From a virus (taxonomy: Duplodnaviria > Caudoviricetes), in the IMG/VR virus record IMGVR_UViG_3300037419_001469, positions 20,786 through 84,785 of that record: a stretch of 64,000 bases of DNA; one strand, written 5' to 3'. A program made the position numbers and the translations under genes. Positions 18,988-27,671 of the stretch are shown in pieces (position 1 is the stretch's first letter; each line of letters begins with the position of its first letter). The notes under the pieces are model-generated. The model searched no databases. It worked only from the letters and a program-made list of their open reading frames with translations, and was not told where the DNA came from.

Positions 18988-19023
18988 GTGGGTCTCCATT
19001 TACAGTAAATGGGTGGATAGGGA

Positions 19024-19674
19024 CTACTTGATGCGCACCTGGTGGAACTTCTGTTCGACGACGATGCGCACCGGCTTGCCGTCGCGCTCGATCTTGGCTT
19101 CCATCACCATCGGGTCGTTGCAGACGGTTTGCCAGACGTTTTGATCCTTGCCGCCGACTGCCTGGGCCATGCGCTTTTCCAGGTCGTCGATCGCTTCCTC
19201 GGAAACGAAGTCGGCATTAAAGCGGTGGAACAACTGCTTCTGGCGCCCGGCCTCGTCGATCTCGGTGATCGTGTGCTCGATCATGTTCCCGAATTTCACC
19301 TGGTCCTGCTTGGCCGCCATCAGGTTGGCCAGTTCGAGCAGGGCTTCGGTGTCGGAGATCGTCCCGGCCTCGATCCTGCGGCGCAGCTGGCAGCCCTGGC
19401 ACTCGCAGCCGTTATCCGGCTCGGTATTGGCCTTGGCCGCGCCCAACAGATCCACCATGTCGAGCAGCTTCAGGTTCGACGCCGGGGACACGCCGAGCGA
19501 TTGCGCGATCGCCTTCTCGAGTGAATCGCGCAGCCGCGGCGGCATGTCCTCGACTTTTATCGCCTTGCCCAAGCCGCCCTTGATGTGGACCAGGGTTTCC
19601 AGCATTTCGCTGGAGGCAGGGTCCAGCAGCACCGGAAGCGGGACGCCGGGCATATTCTTCTTTTCCATAGTCAT
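19024..19674 (-). CDS. hypothetical protein (CECQGC motif)
   Basis: Long ORF, genome-typical codons. Confidence 0.7.
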   Translation of the reverse strand: MTMEKKNMPGVPLPVLLDPASSEMLETLVHIKGGLGKAIKVEDMPPRLRDSLEKAIAQSLGVSPASNLKLLDMVDLLGAAKANTEPDNGCECQGCQLRRRIEAGTISDTEALLELANLMAAKQDQVKFGNMIEHTITEIDEAGRQKQLFHRFNADFVSEEAIDDLEKRMAQAVGGKDQNVWQTVCNDPMVMEAKIERDGKPVRIVVEQKFHQVRIK

Positions 19675-19794
19675 TTCCTTTGGCGATGGCGGTGGCGAGC
19701 AGCAAGCCGGCAAGGGCCATCACAACCAGGCCGGCAAACAGGGACAGGATGAAAACGGACTCCGCCTCCATCCCGATGAACAGTTGGATCCACC

Positions 19795-19953
19795 TCACAA
19801 CTTTGCGACGAGCCAGCAGACCGCACCTCCGATAGCAACATAGGCGGCGGTCCAGCCCTGGAATGAGAAGGCGGCGAACCAGTCGTGAATCTGCTTGACC
19901 GTGTCGTGCGCCTGGCCGGTGGCGATCGCCACCAGGATGTCAAAGGCATCCAT
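19795..19953 (-). CDS. small membrane protein
   Basis: GGAG RBS; C-terminal hydrophobic helix. Confidence 0.5.
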   Translation of the reverse strand: MDAFDILVAIATGQAHDTVKQIHDWFAAFSFQGWTAAYVAIGGAVCWLVAKL

Positions 19954-20350
19954 GAGAGCTCCTTTCGTCCTGATCCATGCGCTCGGCCTCGTCTTCCCAC
20001 GAGTAGCAGGTCGAGCCATAGGCGCACGGTTGCTGCGTCCAGCCCATGCGGGCAAAGAAAGACATATCTCCCCGGCTCAACTCGAACACCTCCCGGACGA
20101 TCTCCAGCGTGTTCTCGGCCAGGCCCCTCGCCTCGCGCCTCCGGTCGCGGAACAGCGGATGGCCCTCCTCGCTGCGCCGCACCTGCACGCCCTTGAAATA
20201 GGACGGATGCGACCAGCGTCGGCCATCGGCGTGCTCGGCAACGACGAAATAGGCTTCTCCATAGAACGGGGTGCCGTCCTCGGAAACGCCAGCGTGATAG
20301 GACTCGGAAGCGATGCCAAAGCTGATTTGGGTTTGCATGATGGACTCCAA
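19940..20350 (-). CDS. hypothetical protein
   Basis: In-operon ORF; start uncertain (20350 or 20338). Confidence 0.65.
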   Translation of the reverse strand: MESIMQTQISFGIASESYHAGVSEDGTPFYGEAYFVVAEHADGRRWSHPSYFKGVQVRRSEEGHPLFRDRRREARGLAENTLEIVREVFELSRGDMSFFARMGWTQQPCAYGSTCYSWEDEAERMDQDERSSHGCL

Positions 20351-20403
20351 CAGTTGGAGAGGTGGGCTCCCACTCAGTGTGGGAGGGTGAGGTCAGACTG
20401 AGT

Positions 20404-20919
20404 TCAGGCTGTCGTCAAGCCTTTGTCAGCATCCGGGCAAAACTGTGGCGCTTCGGCGCCGGCATCGGCCAGCTCCGCCGCTTCGATCTCCGCCAACTCC
20501 GCCTCCGCCGCCTCGCTCAAGGGTTCGAGTGGCGCGACATACGGAGCTTCGACCAGGGCATTGTGGTCCCGGTTCAGGCGGATGATGTCGGAGATGACTT
20601 TGGCCTCGATCAGGTCCAGGGCCGGCAGGCCGGTCTTGTCATACGGGGAGGCATAGGCGGAGAAGACGCTGCGCAGCTGGAATTCGTAGCTGTTCGGGCT
20701 GATGGAATTGAGGCCGAAATTGAGGTCCATCTTGGGGCCATTCAGAGGAATCGATTCCTGCCTCAGGCAGCGCATGAACTCCGGATGCGTGATGCGCTCA
20801 TGGTAGAGGGCGCAGACCAGGTCTCCGATACGCACGCGGCGCTCCGCGTCCATGTCGATTTGCATGCCCTGGAAGATGCCGAGTACGGTGTCGGTTAAAG
20901 CTTGCGTTTTCGTTTTCAT
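20404..20919 (-). CDS. hypothetical protein, first gene after an AT-rich control region
   Basis: AGGAG RBS; acidic C-terminus. Confidence 0.7.
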   Translation of the reverse strand: MKTKTQALTDTVLGIFQGMQIDMDAERRVRIGDLVCALYHERITHPEFMRCLRQESIPLNGPKMDLNFGLNSISPNSYEFQLRSVFSAYASPYDKTGLPALDLIEAKVISDIIRLNRDHNALVEAPYVAPLEPLSEAAEAELAEIEAAELADAGAEAPQFCPDADKGLTTA

Positions 20920-21194
20920 AGTCTCTTTCTCCTAAACGTTAGGGTTTAATTAAGCCCATTTACGGTAAATGGGTGCTTCCGACTGGTAACTTACAGTTGC
21001 GAAATGGCACTATCACAAACATCCCTGCTTCGACATCGAATTACCGTTTGGTATTGATTATAGTCGGAGATTTTCGCGTATCGCTATGGATTTTAGGATG
21101 GTCGAGTGATTTTGTCGGGTTTTGTCCTACATTACCTCCTCTCAACATGTTTGGCGTAATTCAAACTATTAGTACATTAACTTTTCAGTTTGCA

Positions 21195-21974
21195 TTAACT
21201 GTTGGAGAACATGAATTCCTTGCGGCTGCCATCGGCATAGTGCTTGGCATCGTACTCGGCCAGCGTCATGCCCAACGCCTCTGCCGCCTTCTGCCGCCTC
21301 TGCCGGTCAGCCTCCAATTGTGACAAGTGGTGTTGGGCGATGATCTCGTCCGTCTCTCCGTAGGGCCTTGTCGGCCTCAGAAGATCCTGGCCGCGTTGGT
21401 GGCGGCGGCGCAGCTCGTGGAAATTCACCGCGGAGATCGTCGTGACTTCGATCTCGGTCGTGACCAGGGCATCGGCCTCGTCGCTCCACTCGCGCACGCG
21501 CAAGGTGTAGGGGCCGTAGCCCTCGGGCAGATCCTCGCCTTGGTGCGCCTCCAGGTATTGCGCCAGCTGCCGCAGCGTCATCAGCTGCCCATTGTTGAAC
21601 GGCGTCTTGACCAGGATCGTTTTCGCCTGCACCGATTTGGCCTCGGCACGGGTTACCCATACGGCATTGGTCGGGTTGAAGCCGACTTTCAGGTTCTTGC
21701 GCCCGAGATAGATGCGGCGAAAGCGCATCGGCTTGGATTCGTCATCGTCCCAGGCCGGGTACATGTCCTCGACGAAGGCATGGAAATCGAACCAGCGCCG
21801 CATCACGAACGCACCCTTGGCGCCCAGGGCGCTCCAGTGCTTCGATTTCGGGTCGGCGCAGCCGTCGATCATCTTTTTCCATTCCCGGTACAGCGGATGG
21901 TTCGAGGAGCCGCGCGGTGCCGATGGCGGCGGGTAATCGAGGTCGGCAAGGTCGGCCGGTTGGACGGTTTCCAT
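21195..21974 (-). CDS. HNH-endonuclease-like protein with degenerate active site
   Basis: HPLYREWKKM..C.DP...W..F..FVEDM scaffold of phage HNH proteins, but LDRIDN/NCRWAT..EQxxN positions read LGRKNL/NAVWVT..EAKSV. Confidence 0.65.
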   Translation of the reverse strand: METVQPADLADLDYPPPSAPRGSSNHPLYREWKKMIDGCADPKSKHWSALGAKGAFVMRRWFDFHAFVEDMYPAWDDDESKPMRFRRIYLGRKNLKVGFNPTNAVWVTRAEAKSVQAKTILVKTPFNNGQLMTLRQLAQYLEAHQGEDLPEGYGPYTLRVREWSDEADALVTTEIEVTTISAVNFHELRRRHQRGQDLLRPTRPYGETDEIIAQHHLSQLEADRQRRQKAAEALGMTLAEYDAKHYADGSRKEFMFSNS

Positions 21975-22031
21975 GAAATCTCCATTTACAGTAAAGGACT
22001 AGGCGGATAAGGCTTGGCATTCCGGCTTGGC

Positions 22032-22062
22032 ATTATACGGCCGAAAATGGCTTGTCCCGCAA
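22032..22062 (-). promoter_or_regulatory. putative leftward sigma70 promoter
   Basis: Perfect TATAAT (22032-22037) with TTGCGG 19 bp upstream; GGCTTGGCATT direct repeat (22011, 22024) over the start region. Confidence 0.5.
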
Positions 22063-23120
22063 GTATGAGCAAATGTTGAGAAAATATTTTCGAAGGATTT
22101 TTGAATTGATCAAACTTGGATCACAAAAATATGCCGGCTAAAAAAATTCTCAACATTTGTTTATACTTGAATGTCATTTATAAGAAAAAAATTTAATCCT
22201 TATGAATCCTTGACTTATAAATGTTGTTATATTTGAAATCGGTCGACCTTGCGCTTGTGAATCTGGCAATTTCGATGGCAGTGTGACAAGACAATAACCA
22301 TGCTTGCGGTAGGGCCGATTTCGTTGTCAGAGTGCTATGCCAAGTACCGAGTGCAGAATGGTCGTGCCATTTGCTCATACTTGGGTAGTTTTTCCATAGC
22401 ACGAGCTTGGCGGGAATAAGTGTCGGGAATAACTGGTGAAATGGGCTGTCTGCGCAGGGCGCTCGGGAGAACGCCCTGGGGAGACACCTTTCGGTGTCGG
22501 TGGGACTGGCGCGCGTCTCCCGACGCTCGCCACGGTAGGCTCCAGGACGCTTGCCATCCCGGCAATCGCCCCTCGTCCTTGTGCTCCCGTGCTGGCGGCA
22601 GAGCCGTGTGCCGCTCGGGGAGCCGCATCGTCGAATGTCGCTGAGGTGACAGTCGTTCAGAGCTTCGAGGCCGCCAAGAACGCTTGATGGAGCAGGGGCT
22701 GACAACGCTCGAACCCACACGTTGCCAGTGCCGGCCGCCCGCGCGTATCGCTACGCCTGAGGCAGTGGCCGGGTCCGCTTGCGCGGCTCTACTCCAGGGG
22801 TCACCGGAATCTCACGACCGGCGCTTGCGCGCCGCATCCTTCGATGCCGGAATCGGCCCGGGCGATGCTGCTGCCCGGGCCTATCCTGATAATCAAATTG
22901 TCAGATCATGGGTTCATCCGCGCGCCAGGGGCGATCATCACCACCAGCTGGTGCGCGAAGCCGCAGGGCCGCGCCTGATCTGCGCATGGCCCTGCAGGAA
23001 CCGCCCGTTCATGTCACCGCCGCGCCGCGCGAGGCCGAATCGGTGATACCGGGTCGATTGGTTCATCCTGCCGAAGAATCGGCATTGGCAAGCGCGGGGC
23101 TTGCCGATGCGGACTCGCAT

Positions 23121-23303
23121 TTACTGTAAATGGCGCGGCCGGTGAGATTCGAGACACGCCTTGATGGCGGCGCAGTAGCGTCTGTCGCATTCCTTGACAT
23201 CGCCATCGCTGCACATGCCAGCGGCGCGCATGCGCCGCGCCTCTTCCAGTTCTTCGCCATACTGATCTGCCAGCGCGCCAAGGCGCTTTTGTTCGCTTGT
23301 CAT
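23121..23303 (-). CDS. small hypothetical protein (60 aa)
   Basis: GGGAGG RBS inside a family-A copy; TAA stop lies inside the next family-A copy. Confidence 0.55.
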   Translation of the reverse strand: MTSEQKRLGALADQYGEELEEARRMRAAGMCSDGDVKECDRRYCAAIKACLESHRPRHLQ

Positions 23304-23316
23304 GTCAGCCTCCCAT

Positions 23317-23457
23317 TTACTGTAAATGGCGGCGCTGGCCGCGCTGTTTGGCGGCGCGCATCGCGTCGCGCACGTTGATAGCCAGCGCGCCGAGGGCGAT
23401 GCCGCAAGCGGCGGCGGCAAGCGCGAGATTGCCCGCCGCATGAATGATCGTTTCCAT
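23317..23457 (-). CDS. small putative membrane protein (46 aa)
   Basis: Manual translation METIIHAAGNLALAAACGIALGALAINV...RHLQ; GGAGG RBS; stop inside a family-A copy. Confidence 0.5.
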   Translation of the reverse strand: METIIHAAGNLALAAAACGIALGALAINVRDAMRAAKQRGQRRHLQ

Positions 23458-23777
23458 GATTTGCTGCCTCCTATGCGATGGCAGGCGGCGCATTTACTGT
23501 AAATGGCGCGCTGCCTGCCGATTGCGGCGCGATAGCGCGAAAGTTCGCGGGCAAGCATGCACAAGCGCGGAAAGAATCCGCCCTATTGCGCCGCCTGCCG
23601 CGCCAAATCGCCCCATAGCGCCGCCAAATATGCCAGCGCGGCAGAATGCCCGCGCCAGCGCCGAAAATGCCGTATAGCGCCGCTATGGCGCTGCCAGCAT
23701 AAGAAAAGCGGCAGGGGTGATTGCTCACGCCTGCCGCCTTACTTATGCCGCCTGCCTTGCGGCAGGCGCTGAAGCGA

Positions 23778-24626
23778 TTACTTGCCGCGCTTGCCTTGCG
23801 GCGCGCTGCCTGCCGCTTCCAACTCTGCGACGCGCGCCGCCGCCGCATCGCGCGCCGCTTCCGCCGCCGCGAGATCGGCGCGCACAGCGGCCAGTTCTTC
23901 GCGCAACGTCAGCACAAGCGCCGCGTTCGCTTCGGCGGTTTCCAGCGCCCTTTTTTGCGCCGCCGCTTCATTGCGCGCCGCTTCTATGCGCCGCGATTGC
24001 TCATTGGCCGCGCCTTCCGCCGCCGCCTTTGCCGCCGCGATGCCGCCGCCGCTGAGGAGGGCGTCGCCTGCCGCCGCCCTTGCCGCTTCGAGCACTTCCG
24101 GCGCATCGAAACCGGAGGAACAGACGGTCTGCACGATGGCGGCAACGTCGCGCTGCACCTGCTCTGCCATGCGCGTTTTTTCTTCCGCCTCCGCCGCTTC
24201 CGCCGCCTTTTTATCCTGCGCCGCGATGCGAGAACGGGCGACGGCAATCGCGTTATACGCGGCGGTTTTGTCGGCATTCGTTGCCAGCGAGCCTTCCCTT
24301 GTCCCAAGGAAAGCGCCATGCCAGTCTGTCGGGGCGATGCCGCCATCGCCGCGCATCAAGGCTTGCATCATGGCAAGGCGCGACACGGAACGCGGCACCT
24401 CGAACAGTTCGCACAGCGTGATAGCGTCGCGCAGCGCGCCGTTTTCATCGCGGCAATTTTGTTCGACTGCCGCAGAGATGGTTTTCTTTGCGGCATCGAC
24501 GGTTTTTTTCGCGCCGTCAAGAATCGGTGCCGTGTCGCACAGTGCCTGCACAGCAGAGACGATTTGCTGATGCGTGACGGCAAGTGCTTTGTTGCTTTCC
24601 AGCGAGACGATATTTGCGGTTTTCAT
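23778..24626 (-). CDS. Ala-rich coiled-coil hypothetical protein, first large gene of the left arm
   Basis: AGGAG RBS; 282 aa; atypical AAA/GAA/GCG codon use. Confidence 0.7.
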   Translation of the reverse strand: MKTANIVSLESNKALAVTHQQIVSAVQALCDTAPILDGAKKTVDAAKKTISAAVEQNCRDENGALRDAITLCELFEVPRSVSRLAMMQALMRGDGGIAPTDWHGAFLGTREGSLATNADKTAAYNAIAVARSRIAAQDKKAAEAAEAEEKTRMAEQVQRDVAAIVQTVCSSGFDAPEVLEAARAAAGDALLSGGGIAAAKAAAEGAANEQSRRIEAARNEAAAQKRALETAEANAALVLTLREELAAVRADLAAAEAARDAAAARVAELEAAGSAPQGKRGK

Positions 24627-25617
24627 GACTAGCTCCTATGGATGAAGGTTAAGGCGCACAGCGCGCCGCTGCCTGCCGCGCCGCCCATTTACTGTAAAGG
24701 GCCGGCGCTTACTGCCGAGAAACTTACTACACTGCAACTACATCAAACCATCTACTACAGTGCCAAGCATAGGCCATCAAGGAATAGAACGCAAGGTTTA
24801 TCGAAAGACGACATGCCTAGTATGTATGACAGAGATCAAATGCACAGCATGTGCCGCCATGCCGTGCGCCATGTAGGAGGCGGCATGTAGCGCCGCCATA
24901 TATAAGGCAGCATGCGCCGCCGCCATGCCAGCGCCGCAAGGAAGATTGTTAATAGAATGTGTCAGAATAGATGCCCACAGGCAGCAACAATGTTAACTAA
25001 ATGTGTCATAAAAGATGCACACAGGCAAAGAAAAGACACAAAAGACAGGCAAAAGTTAACAATGTTGCCTATAAAGAATGCCCATAGGAGGCGCAAGGAA
25101 GGCGCATAGGCGGCGCGGCGCGCTGTGCATGCCGACATATTGCCGCCTGCCCGATCGTTCAACAGGGACGTTTTCCTGTATGTATATACAGGTGAAATTG
25201 CACTCAAGAATCGAAAAGACAGTCTGTAAATCAATGCTTATCAGACAGTTTAGCCACCCCGCCATTGTCCACCGGCAACTAATGAGCCATCTAAGTTGTT
25301 GCCGCAAAGACAATAGCCAGCGCCGCTGACCTTGCCCAGGAGCAATGTCATGCCTATAGGCAATGGCAGCGGCAGGGATGCTGCCAGCGCCGCCGCCACT
25401 GCCGCCGCCGCCACTGCCAGCGCCGACGCCGAGCACATTGCCAGGTGGAAACCTCGAGGCCGGATGGCAGCGGCAGCGTATAGCGGCGGCGGCAGTGCCG
25501 ACAGCGGCGGCAGCGCCAGAGACAGCGGCGGCGGCAGTGGCGGCGCGCATGCCGGGGAGGATGGCGGCGGCGGGGACGATGGCAGGGTGACGCCCTAGAC
25601 TTTGCCGATGGGACTAA

Positions 25618-25664
25618 CGGCGGCGCGCCCCAGGCCCCTCAAAAATTTTTTGAAAAATTTCCGG
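25618..25664 (+). other. candidate cos site (cosN/I2-like)
   Basis: CGGCGGCGCGCC...TTTTTTGAAAAATTTCCGG resembles the lambda left end as I recall it (GGGCGGCGACCT...TTTATGAAAATTTTCCGG), with similar spacing; lies upstream of the packaging operon. Confidence 0.45.
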
Positions 25665-25671
25665 CAATAAA

Positions 25672-25700
25672 TTGACATTGATTAGAAACAAGACCATGCT
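25672..25700 (+). promoter_or_regulatory. putative rightward promoter
   Basis: TTGACA-N17-CATGCT. Confidence 0.4.
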
Positions 25701-25852
25701 CGGCCTCTGAGACATGCCCGGAGGCAAGAATGTGGCACCCAACCCTCGCTCTGTTGTTGCTCTGGATGGCGCCTCTGCTACTGCAGGCGTCCGTACCGCC
25801 CTGGCCTGTCTTTTACTGGCCATCGCCCTAATTCCCGCCAACGCCGTCGACC

Positions 25853-26125
25853 ATGCGCGACCTCACCCCCGCCCTCATCCATATCACCATCAGCGCGGCC
25901 ATCGCCATTGCCTGCTATGCCGCCCTTGCCTGGCACGAGCGCCGCTACAAACGGCGGCTTTCACTGGCGGACCTGATCTTCCGGCGCAAGGTCGAGGACT
26001 ATGCGCGCTTGCGAGCCTGGTCACGCGAAATGGAGCGGAAGGAGGCCGCCGCCAGAGGCCAATGGTCCAAGACCATCCGCCCGCTGCCGCCACCCAAGCC
26101 GACGCCGCGCGGCGCGAGGTACTAA
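25853..26125 (+). CDS. hypothetical membrane protein
   Basis: N-terminal hydrophobic helix, basic tail. Confidence 0.55.
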   Translation: MRDLTPALIHITISAAIAIACYAALAWHERRYKRRLSLADLIFRRKVEDYARLRAWSREMERKEAAARGQWSKTIRPLPPPKPTPRGARY

Positions 26126-26233
26126 CGCCATGAGCCGTTTCGACAGCTTCGACCTGCTGGAGTGGCTGATCGCCTGCCTGTGCTGGCTCGCCTGGGCCGC
26201 CTATGCCTCCGACCTTGACCGGGACAACGACCA

Positions 26234-26881
26234 ATGAACTTCGCCCCCTACTTCGACGCATTCGATGCCAGCGACTGGCTGCCGACGCTGGCCCTAGCCA
26301 TCATCCTGGTCATCTTCGTCATTACGATCCTGCGCGACGACAGCTGGTTCATGGACCTGCTGAGAGCGGACATGTGCCGGGAGATGCCGCCGCGCCCGCC
26401 TCTGCCGCCGCCGCAAGTACAGATGAGCCCCATCGGCATGATCACGCGCTGCGATCCGCCACCGCCCGAACCGCCGCGACCGGGCATGATCCTCACAAGG
26501 GTCAAAGGCAGGGAAACCTGGATCCCCGCACCTCCGCCAATACCGCCCGCGCGCACCGTCAAGGGCGATCGCCTCCCGGACGACCTGCAGCAACGGCCAC
26601 AGCGCCGATGCGCGCCGCCCGCGCAGCGCGGCGACACCGTCATGGTCAAGGGCATGCGCTCGAACGGGCTGGACACGCACCCGGCGGTCATCACGCGGCT
26701 GTTCACGCCGGACCAGGCGAACGTGACGCTGCTGCCGGATGGCGCCCTACCCTTGCCAATGCAGTCGGTGCGGCTGTTTCCAAGCCAGGCGGAGGCGGAG
26801 GCGTACCTGCAAAGCCTCAATGGCGCCTCCGACATCGTCGCCTGGCAGCGCTCCAACACCGACACCGACAGCCTGAAGTGA
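26234..26881 (+). CDS. hypothetical membrane-anchored Pro-rich protein
   Basis: TM segment, Pro-rich linker, C-terminal HPAVITRLF...ANVTLLPDG domain. Confidence 0.65.
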   Translation: MNFAPYFDAFDASDWLPTLALAIILVIFVITILRDDSWFMDLLRADMCREMPPRPPLPPPQVQMSPIGMITRCDPPPPEPPRPGMILTRVKGRETWIPAPPPIPPARTVKGDRLPDDLQQRPQRRCAPPAQRGDTVMVKGMRSNGLDTHPAVITRLFTPDQANVTLLPDGALPLPMQSVRLFPSQAEAEAYLQSLNGASDIVAWQRSNTDTDSLK

Positions 26882-27189
26882 TGGAAAACGACGATTCCGT
26901 AAAGCAATATGCCAACCGCAAGGCCCGAACGGAGGCGAAACGGCAACTGGCAGCGCAATACAACGTGTCCATTCGCACAATTAACAGGCAGAAACTATGT
27001 GACAAGCCATTGAAAAGCGTGGAAATTCGTGCAAAACGAACGGAAATTCATGCAAAACACAGAGAAAAGTGTGAAAAAATGGCGTCTCTTGTCGTAAATC
27101 GCAAGGTTTCCGCGCAAGAAGGGGCGATACAGTGTGGCATCAGCTTGCGCCAAATGTATCGGTATGTCGCGCTGCAAAAAGGAAAATAA
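26881..27189 (+). CDS. tandem helix-turn-helix DNA-binding protein (102 aa)
   Basis: Two HTH-like units: KRQLAAQYNVSIRTINR and AQEGAIQCGISLRQMYRY; very basic; TGATG coupling. Confidence 0.65.
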   Translation: MENDDSVKQYANRKARTEAKRQLAAQYNVSIRTINRQKLCDKPLKSVEIRAKRTEIHAKHREKCEKMASLVVNRKVSAQEGAIQCGISLRQMYRYVALQKGK

Positions 27190-27245
27190 GTCGAAAATGC
27201 AACGTAGTACGGCAAGGTAATTTGCACAGGAATAGACGAAAACGC

Positions 27246-27254
27246 TGCTACAAT
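27246..27254 (+). promoter_or_regulatory. extended -10 promoter element for the packaging operon
   Basis: TGCTACAAT (TGn-TACAAT) in an AT-rich gap. Confidence 0.45.
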
Positions 27255-27323
27255 CCGCGACTTTTGCCTATCGCAGCCCCTGCCAGTACAAGAAACGGCG
27301 CGAAACGACTTTAAGGATGAGAC

Positions 27324-27671
27324 ATGTTGACTGATTCAACGATGAAAGCCGAGGGCTACCTGATCGAGACGATGGGCGGAGGCAGAGACCTGAGATTCAA
27401 CGCGCCTCTGAATGACCCAACGATCCTCGCGGTGACGCCGCTGTACAAGCGCGTGCCGCGCCGCGGCTTTTCCGATGCCCGGATACTCGAAATCGCTGGC
27501 GCGCAGGCCGCGCCGGCGCCGTTCCAGGCTTACATCCTGCGCGCGATGCGCAACATGATGCACGAGCTGCAGAGGTCGGAGACGGATGAGAGGCAATACC
27601 CGCCCGCCGTGCTGCCCGACCTGTCTCCGCCGAGCGTCCCACTCAGTGCGACCCAGGACGCCACCGAATGA
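27324..27671 (+). CDS. hypothetical protein
   Basis: AAGGA RBS; overlaps the next start. Confidence 0.6.
   Translation: MLTDSTMKAEGYLIETMGGGRDLRFNAPLNDPTILAVTPLYKRVPRRGFSDARILEIAGAQAAPAPFQAYILRAMRNMMHELQRSETDERQYPPAVLPDLSPPSVPLSATQDATE

Larger units (their letters stand above)
4556..24701. repeat. Start-associated 17-bp palindrome family A, CCATTTAC-N-GTAAATGG (13 copies)
   Basis: Copies start at 4556, 6782, 9627, 12646, 14755, 18085, 18996, 20956, 21982, 23117, 23313, 23490, 24685; TTTAC-N-GTAAA core is invariant. Confidence 0.95.

Noticed and set aside
22193-23046. ORF-track calls in 22.2-23.0 kb
   Set aside because: No convincing RBS, atypical amino-acid composition and conflicting overlaps on both strands; left unannotated.
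4556-24701. Family A as a CRISPR array
   Set aside because: Spacing is irregular (0.18-3.3 kb), the intervals are protein-coding genes, and no cas genes are present.
25391-25545. N15-type telomere resolution site (telRL)
   Set aside because: The arms are low-complexity and separated by 113 bp rather than forming a continuous palindrome; no protelomerase is seen in the window.
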